From Candidatus Helarchaeota archaeon (GTDB lineage Archaea > Asgardarchaeota > Lokiarchaeia > Helarchaeales > RDOG01): 64,000 bases of DNA. The notes beneath the pieces were generated by a model, which saw only the letters and a program-made list of their open reading frames with translations, was not told where the DNA came from and did not search any database. Made by a program: the position numbers and the translations under genes. Location of the stretch: positions 1,329,432-1,393,431 of the forward strand of contig JAHPZH010000001.1 of NCBI GenBank assembly GCA_019058315.1, given 5' to 3'. Below are positions 30,092 through 39,640 of this stretch, piece after piece (within the stretch, counting starts at the first letter, position 1; every line of letters starts with the position of its first letter).

Positions 30092-31024
30092 TTAATCTTT
30101 TGTTGTTGCAGTAAGGACTGGTCTTTTTTTCTTCATAACTTCATCGTAACCAACTTTTGAAAATGGACAGACTTTAATACAGATAGAACATCCAAAGTGT
30201 TTAAAGAAATGAGGAAAACATTTATCCCCATCAATGTTTTGAAGATATTTTCCATTAGGTGATTGCTTTTTTTTATCATGCGGAAATATTGCTCCTCCAG
30301 GACAGGCTTTAACACATAGTTCACATGTTTTACAATATTCTCTTATCCCTAAATTTGGTTTCTTTGTTTCTGGTAGTGAAGCATCAGTTGCAATCATGGA
30401 TAATCTTTGTCTAGGTCCAAATTTACGGGATATTAAAACTCCATTAACTCCAATTTCTCCTAATCCTGCTTTTTCTGCCATAGGTGGATAAAGAACTGGA
30501 CCTCCAAATGGATGAAATGCTTGTGCCTGAAATCCACGGTCTCGAAGATATTGCGCTAATTTAACAGTGGCTTCACCTAGATCTGCATATATTTTCATTG
30601 CTTCGGCTCCAGCTGGTGGTTTTGGAGCTTGTTCAATCCTGCCTTTATCCATTTCCATACCTAAAACAATTGCATTATCTAACACATTATCTTTAACGCG
30701 ATAATCAGTCATCTCTTCTTCAAAAATAAAATATTCATCGACTTCGGTGAAACCAATTAAATCAATTCCAATGGATTTTGCATATTCAACCAATTCGTCC
30801 CAAAATTTTTCGTCAGCCTTAGGTCTTTTTGATTGATCTACTTGTTTATTATATTTTTTTGATCTTTTAGCTTTACTTAAACCCTTAAAAGTTCGACCAA
30901 TATGGGAAAATACTTCATCTAATAATTCTTTATTTGATTCATTTCCGAAACGTTCTGTACGAACTCTGTCCATATCAATATATCTTTGTTTTAATCCACC
31001 TTTAGCTTTTTTAATTCTGAACAA
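30092..31024 (-). CDS. Reductive dehalogenase/QueG-like cobalamin and 2x[4Fe-4S] protein, no Tat signal
   Basis: GIDLIGF, AIVLGMEMD, AEKAGLGEIG, FGPRQRL, CKTCELCVKACP and C...GCSICIKVCPF. Confidence 0.85.
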   Translation of the reverse strand: MFRIKKAKGGLKQRYIDMDRVRTERFGNESNKELLDEVFSHIGRTFKGLSKAKRSKKYNKQVDQSKRPKADEKFWDELVEYAKSIGIDLIGFTEVDEYFIFEEEMTDYRVKDNVLDNAIVLGMEMDKGRIEQAPKPPAGAEAMKIYADLGEATVKLAQYLRDRGFQAQAFHPFGGPVLYPPMAEKAGLGEIGVNGVLISRKFGPRQRLSMIATDASLPETKKPNLGIREYCKTCELCVKACPGGAIFPHDKKKQSPNGKYLQNIDGDKCFPHFFKHFGCSICIKVCPFSKVGYDEVMKKKRPVLTATTKD

Positions 31025-31118
31025 CTCCGTGATTTAGTAAATAAAATTCAACAATTAATCCAACAGTCTTTTAATTATTTTTAAAAATATTTATAATTGA
31101 CTCATTCAATACCAATTT

Positions 31119-31670
31119 ATGAATAATTCAGATTTCTCTCTTGATAAAAAAGGATTTTTAATACAAATATTAATAGCAATCATTATTTCTGTGCTTCTTC
31201 AAATAATTGTTGTTCCTCTGATTATTGATCCTCTCACCAGCAGATTTCCCACCATATTTGAAAGAAGGGCTACAATTTTAATAACTACTTTGAGTTTCTG
31301 GTTTTTTTCTTTTTCAGTTGCTTTCTTTTTCTATCCCGAAAATGAACTTATTAACTCATATTTATTGTGTTCATTTATTCCATTGTTAGTGATTATTATT
31401 CAAGAATTTATGGGGTTATTCTTCTTTGACATATTACATATGCTTCCAATTATCGTAGTAATTTATATAGTTTGGAAATTGCCAGATACAATCAATTTGA
31501 AATACACAACCATTGCTTCACCAATATTATTAATCTGGTTTTTGATAGTTCGATTACTTGGAATAAATTATCCAGATTTTGAATTATCTTTTCTTGGAAT
31601 AAGTTACTTAATTATTTGGGGAATATCAAATATCATCATAGCATATATAATAACAAAAAAAAGGGACTAG
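31119..31670 (+). CDS. Hypothetical membrane protein (about 6 TM)
   Basis: Highly hydrophobic 183-aa ORF lying 7 bp upstream of an MFS gene. Confidence 0.7.
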   Translation: MNNSDFSLDKKGFLIQILIAIIISVLLQIIVVPLIIDPLTSRFPTIFERRATILITTLSFWFFSFSVAFFFYPENELINSYLLCSFIPLLVIIIQEFMGLFFFDILHMLPIIVVIYIVWKLPDTINLKYTTIASPILLIWFLIVRLLGINYPDFELSFLGISYLIIWGISNIIIAYIITKKRD

Positions 31671-31677
31671 TTAGAAT

Positions 31678-32949
31678 ATGAGTGGGGATGAAGAAATTGA
31701 AATTGGGGTTAAAGAATGGAATAAATACCATACATATTTAATAATTTTCTTTTCTATTATGAATTTTTTTGGTTTATTCAATATCGTTTTTGGAGGTTTT
31801 GTTTTAAATGAAGTTGCACAATCATTTGGAGTCAGCGTTGTAATAATCCCCATTATTTCTTCAATTGCAGGTATTGGGCTATTTTTTTCAATTATTACTA
31901 GAACCTTACCAGACCATTTTGGCCGTAAGAGAACATTATTTGTTTTGACGATTTTAGCGTATACAAACCTATTTATTACTGTATTAGCCCCCAATGTTAT
32001 TATTTATACTATATTTGGAATTACAGGTAATATGTTAGCCTCAAATACTGCTACAGTGATTATCTCTGAAGAAATTCCCGCAGATTATCGAGGGACTGCG
32101 GTTGGTCTCGTCCAAGGGATTGGAATGACTGCCGCCCCTTTTTCAGCTTTTATATCAATCTATGCAGGAGGTTTTGATGTATGGAGATATATCTATCTAA
32201 TAGTTAATATACCAGCAATCATTATTTTTACGATTCTTTGGTTTTGGTTAAGAGAACCAGAACGATATCTCCAAGAAAAGAAAATACGAGAAGAAACAGG
32301 TGAGGATAAACCCAGTATATTTGCGGTTTTTCAACACAAATATTTGAAAACCTTTCTTATGAGTTCAATATTATTATTTATGACACAGTTCATCTATTTA
32401 ACAATCAAACGTTATTTCAAACCATTTCTTATTAATGAAAGAGGACATTTGGGATTTAATAATGCCACAGTTGGGTTCTGGATGATTTTTATATATATAG
32501 GGTCCATTTTAGGGTATTATTTATCAGGTTATTTAGCGGATCGTCTTGGTAGACGACTTTCAATTTATATCACTGCATCTTTATACTTTATTTTTAATAT
32601 TACCTTCGTAATTTCAGGAACTATGTGGGGTATTCTCGTTAGTTTTTTTGGTCTCAATTTGAGTTTTTCGATTTTCATGATTGTAGCTACGATATATTCT
32701 TTTGAATTTTATTCAACAAAAGAGCGTTCTACAGGTTCTGGATGGGTTCAAGTTCTTGGAAATTCAGCATGGATTTTTGCTAACTTGGTGATTTCTATTT
32801 TTGTATATTCTTTGAATTTTACATGGGGTGAAACATTCCTAATTTTATGTTTTGCACCGATCTTACTAATAATTATTACCTACTTTATGCCAGAAACTAA
32901 GGCTCTCGAATTGGAGATAATTGTTGAAAAATATGTAGAAAAAAAATAA
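31678..32949 (+). CDS. MFS transporter (paralogue 1)
   Basis: 12 TM; PDHFGRKR and ADRLGRR A-motifs; SEEIPA.YRG; MPETK. Confidence 0.92.
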   Translation: MSGDEEIEIGVKEWNKYHTYLIIFFSIMNFFGLFNIVFGGFVLNEVAQSFGVSVVIIPIISSIAGIGLFFSIITRTLPDHFGRKRTLFVLTILAYTNLFITVLAPNVIIYTIFGITGNMLASNTATVIISEEIPADYRGTAVGLVQGIGMTAAPFSAFISIYAGGFDVWRYIYLIVNIPAIIIFTILWFWLREPERYLQEKKIREETGEDKPSIFAVFQHKYLKTFLMSSILLFMTQFIYLTIKRYFKPFLINERGHLGFNNATVGFWMIFIYIGSILGYYLSGYLADRLGRRLSIYITASLYFIFNITFVISGTMWGILVSFFGLNLSFSIFMIVATIYSFEFYSTKERSTGSGWVQVLGNSAWIFANLVISIFVYSLNFTWGETFLILCFAPILLIIITYFMPETKALELEIIVEKYVEKK

Positions 32950-33036
32950 GAAATCAACGCTTTTTAAAAATCTTTAAATAATTTTCCCGAGTCAATCCAT
33001 ATATTATAACATATAAATTAAAGGATTTGTTACCAA

Positions 33037-34296
33037 ATGAGCAATGAGGTAGAAGCTAAAGAATGGATCGGCTACCACACTTACTTGGTAATATTTCTAT
33101 CTATTGTTAACTTTTTTACTCTATTTGGCGTGGTTTATGGAAGTTTGACCATGAATAACGTTGCTAAATCATTTGGTATTAGTGTGACTATAATTCCCTT
33201 GATTACTTCAATCATGGGTATAAGTATGATTTTTTCTATTTTATTTCAAAATCAAGCAGATCGGTTTGGAAGAAAAAAGATAATGTTTATTTTTTATATG
33301 CTAGTTCATATTAATGGATTTTTTCTAGTATTATCCCCCAATATAATTATTTACACTATCCTTGGCTTTATAGGATCAATGTTTGGTGTAAATCTCATAA
33401 ATGTAGTAATTTCAGAGGAAATACCTGCGAGATTTAGGGGAACGATAATTGGTGTTGTCCAAGGTGTTGGTATGAGTGCTTCTGTTTTAGCTGCATTTTT
33501 AAGCTCATTTTTAAGCTTATCACAAAATATGTGGAGATACCTCTTTCTTATTGTAGATGTTCCCGGAACAATTATTTTTTCAGTATTATGGTTATGGATG
33601 AAAGAACCAAAAAGATTCCAAAAAGAAAAGGACATTAAACTAATCGAAAAGAAATCTAGCTCTGGAATTTTCGCTGTTTTTCAACCGAAATATATAAAAA
33701 TATTTGGTTTAAGTTGTTCGTTAGTCTTCTCAGCTTCTTTTATTTATATAACTATCAAGCGTTATTTCAAACCGTTTCTTCTTGATGAGAGAGGTTATTT
33801 GGGGTTTAATGATGCCACGGTTGGGTTCTGGATGATTTTTATATACATAGGGTCCATTTTGGGATATTATTTATCAGGTTATTTGGCGGATCATCTTGGC
33901 AGACGCAAGACAATCTATATTTCTGCATTTATCTATTTCATTTTTAACATTACCTTTGTAGTTATTCAAATTGATTGGGTTATATTTTTAAGTTTGCTTG
34001 GCATTAACACAAGTTTTTCCATATTTTTCATTACAGTAAACATTTATGCAGTAGAATTTTTTTCAACAGAAGAAAGAGCTACGGGATTGGGTTGGATAAT
34101 GATAATAGGAAACTCTCCATGGATTTTTGGGAATTTACTTATTAGTCTCTTGCTTGGTTTAGGACTTTCTTGGGGTGCAGTTTTTCTTATTTTCTCATTT
34201 TTTCCAATTCTACTAATTATATTGACAAAATTAATGCCAGAAACCAAAGAGTTAGTATTAGAAGATATTCATAAAAAATTTGTAGAAAAGAAATAA
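33037..34296 (+). CDS. MFS transporter (paralogue 2)
   Basis: ADRFGRK, ADHLGRR, SEEIPARFRG, MPETK; colinear with the upstream gene. Confidence 0.92.
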   Translation: MSNEVEAKEWIGYHTYLVIFLSIVNFFTLFGVVYGSLTMNNVAKSFGISVTIIPLITSIMGISMIFSILFQNQADRFGRKKIMFIFYMLVHINGFFLVLSPNIIIYTILGFIGSMFGVNLINVVISEEIPARFRGTIIGVVQGVGMSASVLAAFLSSFLSLSQNMWRYLFLIVDVPGTIIFSVLWLWMKEPKRFQKEKDIKLIEKKSSSGIFAVFQPKYIKIFGLSCSLVFSASFIYITIKRYFKPFLLDERGYLGFNDATVGFWMIFIYIGSILGYYLSGYLADHLGRRKTIYISAFIYFIFNITFVVIQIDWVIFLSLLGINTSFSIFFITVNIYAVEFFSTEERATGLGWIMIIGNSPWIFGNLLISLLLGLGLSWGAVFLIFSFFPILLIILTKLMPETKELVLEDIHKKFVEKK

Positions 34297-34372
34297 TATT
34301 AGATAAATAATTGTTTTCTTATTCTAATTTTAATAAATTAATATTTTTTAAATAAAAAGGAGATTTTATACA

Positions 34373-35755
34373 ATGGAGACTGAAAAACCAAGTTTTACCA
34401 AGCGAGAGAAAACTTATTGGAGTTTAGCAGCTATATCTTCTGCTGTACCATATCAAATGTTTAGTGCTTATATTTTTTATTTTTATGAGACTGTACTTAA
34501 TCCCGGCTTGCCTCCAATTTATGTAGCTTTAGGATTAGTAATTTGGAGTATATGGAATGCTTTAAATGACCCATTACTCGGTTACGTTTCAGATCATACC
34601 AAAACTAAAGAGGGAAGGCGTATACCATATATCAAATATGGGACAATCCCATTTGTTATTATATTCTTTTTAGTTTGGATTCCACCAGGTGCTGATTTAA
34701 TTGTTGTATTTATTTATTTTTTAACAATGATTTTATTATTTGATACTCTTTATACAATGGTTATATTAGGTTGGACTTCATTATTTCCAGAAATGTATAA
34801 AACACATCAGGAAAGAGTAGAAGTCACAGGAATGAGACAATTTTTTACCTTAATTGGAGCGATACTAGCATATGTAGTTCCATCATTTTTACCTAATGTA
34901 GATCCAGTTCCCTGGATAATGGTTGGTTTGTTCTTTACTATTATTACCGCAGTGTTTCTTTTTATTTCTTTAAAAGGGAGTAGGGAAGATTTGGCATATC
35001 AAGATGAGGGAGCATTAGGATTCAAAGAAACTTTTACTGTCTCATTAACTAATAAATCTTTTCTCACCTTTGTTTTTACTCATTTATGTATCCAATATGG
35101 TCAAACTCTACTTACTTCTGCCTATCCATATTATAGGGACTATGCTTTGAAAATTCAGCCTGAAAATCTTCTTGGGGGAATTATATTATTATTAGTATTT
35201 GTTTATGCAATTCTCACTATTCCTCTTTGGGGAAAACTAGGACAAAAATATGGTAACAGGAAATGTTGGATTTTTGGTTTGATAATTTCGATCTTTTCAC
35301 TTCAAGCATTTTGGTTCACTGCACCTTTAATTTTACTCGTATTAATATTTCCATTGGGTTTAGGACTTATGTCACAATTATTTTTTATGGATAATATAAT
35401 AGCAGACATAGTAGATGAAGATGAATTGAAAACAGGACTCCGTAGGGAGTCCACGTATTTTGGAATGAACGCATTTGTGATGAGATTGGCTGTCGCTTTT
35501 CAAGCACTAACACTCGGAATTACTTTACAATTAACTCAAGGATTTGAATTAGTTCTTAGTCTTCCTAGTAATACTATCAGGTTAGTTCTTACAGGTTCAA
35601 CTGAGTTCTGGATAACATTTATTATGGCCATCCCAACAGCTATAGCTTTGGGGATTGGAGTTCTAATTATGAAATATTATCCTTTACATGGAGATTATCT
35701 AATCGATGTTAAAAAAAGAGTTAAAGAATTGCATGAAAAGAAGGGAACAGAATAA
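34373..35755 (+). CDS. GPH family (MelB-like, MFS_2) glycoside/cation symporter
   Basis: WNALNDPLLGYVSDHTKTKEGRRIPY, SLFPEM, ADIVDEDELKTGLRRE..YFG. Confidence 0.92.
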   Translation: METEKPSFTKREKTYWSLAAISSAVPYQMFSAYIFYFYETVLNPGLPPIYVALGLVIWSIWNALNDPLLGYVSDHTKTKEGRRIPYIKYGTIPFVIIFFLVWIPPGADLIVVFIYFLTMILLFDTLYTMVILGWTSLFPEMYKTHQERVEVTGMRQFFTLIGAILAYVVPSFLPNVDPVPWIMVGLFFTIITAVFLFISLKGSREDLAYQDEGALGFKETFTVSLTNKSFLTFVFTHLCIQYGQTLLTSAYPYYRDYALKIQPENLLGGIILLLVFVYAILTIPLWGKLGQKYGNRKCWIFGLIISIFSLQAFWFTAPLILLVLIFPLGLGLMSQLFFMDNIIADIVDEDELKTGLRRESTYFGMNAFVMRLAVAFQALTLGITLQLTQGFELVLSLPSNTIRLVLTGSTEFWITFIMAIPTAIALGIGVLIMKYYPLHGDYLIDVKKRVKELHEKKGTE

Positions 35756-35817
35756 CCCTTTTTTCAATTTTAATTACCCCATATTAAATTTTTTAATCAA
35801 ATGGAAAGGAAATCAGA

Positions 35818-36066
35818 TCATTTATAATTTTTAAGCACTATAAACGTATTTATTTCTATAATCCCATCAATAGGATCAATTTTTTCAACTATTAAATCAT
35901 TTATAACCTCGATATTTTCAGCTTGAATCTCTATCATTAAATCGTACATACCTGCAAGATGAGAAATTTGTTTTAATTCGGAAATTTGCTTCAAACTATT
36001 TATAACTTTTTGAGTATAACCCATTTTTAATTTAATAACAGAATATGCTTCTATCAATTTCATCAC
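35818..36066 (-). CDS. Stand-alone Lrp/AsnC ligand-binding (RAM) domain protein, no HTH
   Basis: AYSVIKLKMG...V...LKQI.EL......GMYDLMIEI...I..IDGI.EINT.IVL; overlaps the upstream gene by 4 nt (ATGA). Confidence 0.88.
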   Translation of the reverse strand: MMKLIEAYSVIKLKMGYTQKVINSLKQISELKQISHLAGMYDLMIEIQAENIEVINDLIVEKIDPIDGIIEINTFIVLKNYK

Positions 36067-37499
36067 TTTTTTACTTCAAATTCTATTAAGTTTTCCATAT
36101 CCAATATACTATCTAATTGCTTTAATTTTTCGATAAAATTCTGTAAAAGATAATTACTTTGGAAAAATGTTCTTATTAAAACGTTATATTTACCTGATAT
36201 AGTTTTCAACTCAATTATATTTGGATTATATTTCAATCTATTGATTAAATCATTCAGTCTATTTGACTTAACTTTAAGAAATATAATTGATTTTAAGCTA
36301 TTTTTTTCATGATAATATCGTAACAGAATGGTTATTGATAATATGATAATTGCCATGCTCAATAATATTAGATCATATCTAACTCCTTCGTTACTAATAA
36401 CAAAACCAACAAAAATCGATGTAAAAGGTTCAAAAACCGCAAGAATTGCAACCCATTGGTCCCATTTTAGACGGCGTGAAGGCCAATTATTTTGACTTGA
36501 AAAATAAACAATATAAGGAATGATTGTGCTCTCAATTCCTAGAACCCAAGTCCAGATATTAAAAATTATTGCAGGAAAATTTTGATATTCAAGAAGAAAA
36601 TTTTTTATTTCAATTCCAATTGTAGTTGATTCTAGAGGCAAAATTTCAATGATCAAAGAAAAAATGATAAGTCCCAAGAAGCTTGACAGGAAAAAAAAGA
36701 AAATTTTTACAATTGATTTTGTAAGTTGAAAGTTTGTATTTTTATCACGAAATCCAAGAATTCTTTCTTTCTCATAAGCTGTAAATTCATCAAATCCGGA
36801 TATTATGATAAATAATACCCAGAAAATTAAAGTCATGCCTAAAGCAATGAACCCATAGAAGCTGGCTTCACTATTAATTGTTAGAGGAGTACTTATTATC
36901 GTTAGAACACCAGCAATAACAAATAAGGACAAATATGAGAATTTAATAGAGTCCATATACTCCAATCTTCTGCTTAAATTCCATAAAGCCACTATAATTA
37001 TTGACCCCACTGTATTTAATATGGCTGAAAAGATTATCCCTAGAATTTGATAAGCTTTAAAGTAAAAATAGATACTTACGACATAAAAGATGCCTAATGA
37101 AAAATAATATACCAAATAAGGAATTCGAGATTTTCTTTTAGATGTCAAAATTCCACTTAAAGGAAGATTACTCGTTATTTGTTTTTTAAAATCTTGAAAT
37201 GAATATTGAAACCAACTCCATTTTCCTTTTCTATTATATAATGATGAAAGAATGAGTGATATAAATATGAAAAAGAACGCTCCAATAATTGAAAGTAATG
37301 TTCTCATAAATGCTACCATTAAGATGGAGTTTAAAGTTTCGTTAAGATATAAAAATGGCCATGGGATTAATCCCCACATTATCGTAGTTATTAAAATTGC
37401 AATAAAATTTACCTTTTTCTTAATCGAGATTAATGATAAAATCAATAATATTACGGTAATTATATTAAAAAACACTAATGAGCTAAAATCGTCTATCAT
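36063..37499 (-). CDS. EamA/DMT-family transporter fused to a C-terminal Lrp/AsnC (RAM) domain
   Basis: EamA repeat 1: ITTIMWG...AFMRTLL...YFYFKAY. Repeat 2: LGIESTIIPYIVYF...AILAVFEPFTSIFVG..ISNE. C-terminal SIIFLKVK...PNIIELKTISGKYNVLIR RAM pattern. Confidence 0.75.
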   Translation of the reverse strand: MIDDFSSLVFFNIITVILLILSLISIKKKVNFIAILITTIMWGLIPWPFLYLNETLNSILMVAFMRTLLSIIGAFFFIFISLILSSLYNRKGKWSWFQYSFQDFKKQITSNLPLSGILTSKRKSRIPYLVYYFSLGIFYVVSIYFYFKAYQILGIIFSAILNTVGSIIIVALWNLSRRLEYMDSIKFSYLSLFVIAGVLTIISTPLTINSEASFYGFIALGMTLIFWVLFIIISGFDEFTAYEKERILGFRDKNTNFQLTKSIVKIFFFFLSSFLGLIIFSLIIEILPLESTTIGIEIKNFLLEYQNFPAIIFNIWTWVLGIESTIIPYIVYFSSQNNWPSRRLKWDQWVAILAVFEPFTSIFVGFVISNEGVRYDLILLSMAIIILSITILLRYYHEKNSLKSIIFLKVKSNRLNDLINRLKYNPNIIELKTISGKYNVLIRTFFQSNYLLQNFIEKLKQLDSILDMENLIEFEVKK

Positions 37500-37640
37500 T
37501 CTATAATTATCTTCTTTTTTAATTTATTAAGATTAGATTATCAATAAATAAAAACAAAATAAAGTTTTAAATTATTTTAAAAAAAGAGAAATTGACGATA
37601 TTCATAAAAAATAGAGAAATTTTGTTAATTCCACCGCTAA

Positions 37641-38408
37641 CTAGGACTCCCAGCCGATCTTATTTTTAAACCATTCAGGCATAGAAAAGCAGACATACAT
37701 TATTATAGTAGATGCTAATAGAACAAATAAAGAAATTGCAAAAATTGGAATTAACATTACAAGATAGGTTGATCCAAAACAAGTTAATGCTATTCCCATC
37801 CATAAAGATAGGTTGGATTTTGGTCTATTTTCTTCACGGATCTTTGAAGCAAAATAAAAGAAAATTATTGGACCAACAAAAAAATTCGGTAGAACATATC
37901 CAGTATAAAAATAATTAACAATGGGATCATAAGCTAATATAAATCCTTTAACCTCTGCATATGGAGGTCCTAATATATTTGCATAAATTATTAATAGAAT
38001 AGCTATTATTCCTAAAATTGTTACTATTATTATTAATTTATTCTTTTTATCTGGATATGTCATAATCAAAGCAAAATTATCAAGACTAATAATTGCAAAA
38101 ATACTGAAAGACAATGCAATAATCGACATCAATCTACCAAAATCGGGTTGACCTAGAGTAGTATAACTTATATTTTCTATAATCATAAATATTACAGCTA
38201 TTTCTGTAAATAAAAACGCAAATAACATTGATAAGGTAGTTTTTTCTTTAGTTTTTCTATATTTTTTAAATAAATTCACTATAATTAGAGTCGATACACC
38301 CAATATAATAAAAATTAGGTAAGGAACTATAAATCCGGATGGATCTCTATTGCTAAAGTACCCTGTTAATTGGTTTAAAGTAAATTCAATTGAATAAATT
38401 AATCCCAT
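37641..38408 (-). CDS. 7TM membrane protein without cytoplasmic output domain (paralogue 1)
   Basis: Seven hydrophobic helices ending MPEWFKNKIGWES. Confidence 0.8.
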   Translation of the reverse strand: MGLIYSIEFTLNQLTGYFSNRDPSGFIVPYLIFIILGVSTLIIVNLFKKYRKTKEKTTLSMLFAFLFTEIAVIFMIIENISYTTLGQPDFGRLMSIIALSFSIFAIISLDNFALIMTYPDKKNKLIIIVTILGIIAILLIIYANILGPPYAEVKGFILAYDPIVNYFYTGYVLPNFFVGPIIFFYFASKIREENRPKSNLSLWMGIALTCFGSTYLVMLIPIFAISLFVLLASTIIMYVCFSMPEWFKNKIGWES

Positions 38409-38701
38409 TTTCGTTCATAACCATTATTGATAGTTTTTATTAAATTTAATTTAGAGTAATTTATTTTTATTAATTTTTATATTTATATCCTTATTGATAT
38501 TTACTTCTTTAAATAATGTAAAATTAAAATATTTTTATGTAGAGTTTTTTAAACCATTTTGAGAAATTTTTTCGATAAATTATCAATTGAGTTTTAAGTT
38601 TTTCAGGTTTTATATTGCTCAAGAGTGTAAAGTTTTTTAATGATACCGTTTTAATTGTTCATTCATAAAAAATAGAGAAATTATGTTAATTCTAACGCTA
38701 A

Positions 38702-39469
38702 TTAGGACTCCCAGCCGATCTTATTTTTAAACCATTCAGGCATAGAAAAGCAGATATACATTATTATAGTAGATGCTAAAAAAATAGACAAAGGAATTGC
38801 TAGAATTGGAATAACTATTAACAAATAGCCCAATCCAAAACAAGTTAATCCTATTCCGATCCATAAAGATAGATTAGATTTTGGTCTATTTTCTTCACGA
38901 ATCTTTGAAGCGAAATAGAAGAAGATTGTAGGACCAATGATAAAGTTTGGTAAAATTAATGAGAAAATAAAATAGCTAATTATAACATCATATATTAATA
39001 AAAATCCTTGAATATATGAATACGGATATCCTAACGTATTTGCAAAAATTACCAATAGAATGGCTATTATTCCTAAAATTGCCACTATTATTAATATTTT
39101 ATTCTTTTTATTTGGATATGTCATAATTAAAGCAAAATTATCAAGATTAATAATTGCACAAGTAGTGAAAATCATATTAAGCACCGACATCATTTTACCT
39201 AAATCGGGTTGACCTAGAATAGTATAACTTATAGTTTCTATAACCATACATATTGCAGCTAATTCTGTAAATAAAAATGCAAGTGCCCATGATAAAGTAG
39301 AATTTTCTTTAGTTGTTTTATATTTTTTAAATAAACTCAATGTACTTATAGTCGCTACTACCAATATTGCGAGAACTAGATAATAAACTATCACTCCTGA
39401 TGGATCTCTATTGTTAAAGTACCCGGTTAATTGGTTCAAAGTAAATTCGATTGAATAAATTAATTCCAT
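38702..39469 (-). CDS. 7TM membrane protein without cytoplasmic output domain (paralogue 2)
   Basis: Same length (255 aa), near-identical N-terminus and identical C-terminus relative to 37641-38408. Confidence 0.8.
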   Translation of the reverse strand: MELIYSIEFTLNQLTGYFNNRDPSGVIVYYLVLAILVVATISTLSLFKKYKTTKENSTLSWALAFLFTELAAICMVIETISYTILGQPDLGKMMSVLNMIFTTCAIINLDNFALIMTYPNKKNKILIIVAILGIIAILLVIFANTLGYPYSYIQGFLLIYDVIISYFIFSLILPNFIIGPTIFFYFASKIREENRPKSNLSLWIGIGLTCFGLGYLLIVIPILAIPLSIFLASTIIMYICFSMPEWFKNKIGWES

Positions 39470-39640
39470 TTTAATTCATATCTGTTTTTAATTGTTTTTA
39501 TTAAAATTAATATTGCAGAAAAAATTAATTCAAATGGTCTATAATTTTATATATATTCTTATATAAAAATTCTTCAATATCGATGAATCCTTTAGTTATG
39601 AAGATTTATTTATTAAAAATCCTCAATTGGAGGTTTTAGT

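Larger units (their letters stand above)
37601..39500. repeat. Tandem duplication, offset 1061 bp, including the gene and its flanks
   Basis: ttcataaaaaatagagaaatt..gttaatt...cgctaa.taggactcccagccgatcttatttttaaaccattcaggcatagaaaagcaga occurs at about 37601 and 38662; upstream regions are also similar. Confidence 0.9.

Noticed and set aside
30092-31024. Respiratory reductive dehalogenase (organohalide respiration)
   Set aside because: There is no twin-arginine signal and no adjacent small rdhB-like anchor gene, so only family-level similarity is supported.
4292-39469. 7TM proteins as rhodopsins (schizorhodopsin/heliorhodopsin)
   Set aside because: There is no retinal-binding lysine motif (DxxxK or SxxxK) in the seventh helix of any of them.
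37601-39500. Near-identical repeats as a possible DGR template/variable repeat pair
   Set aside because: Both copies are full intact genes, differences are not adenine-specific, and there is no reverse transcriptase in the window.
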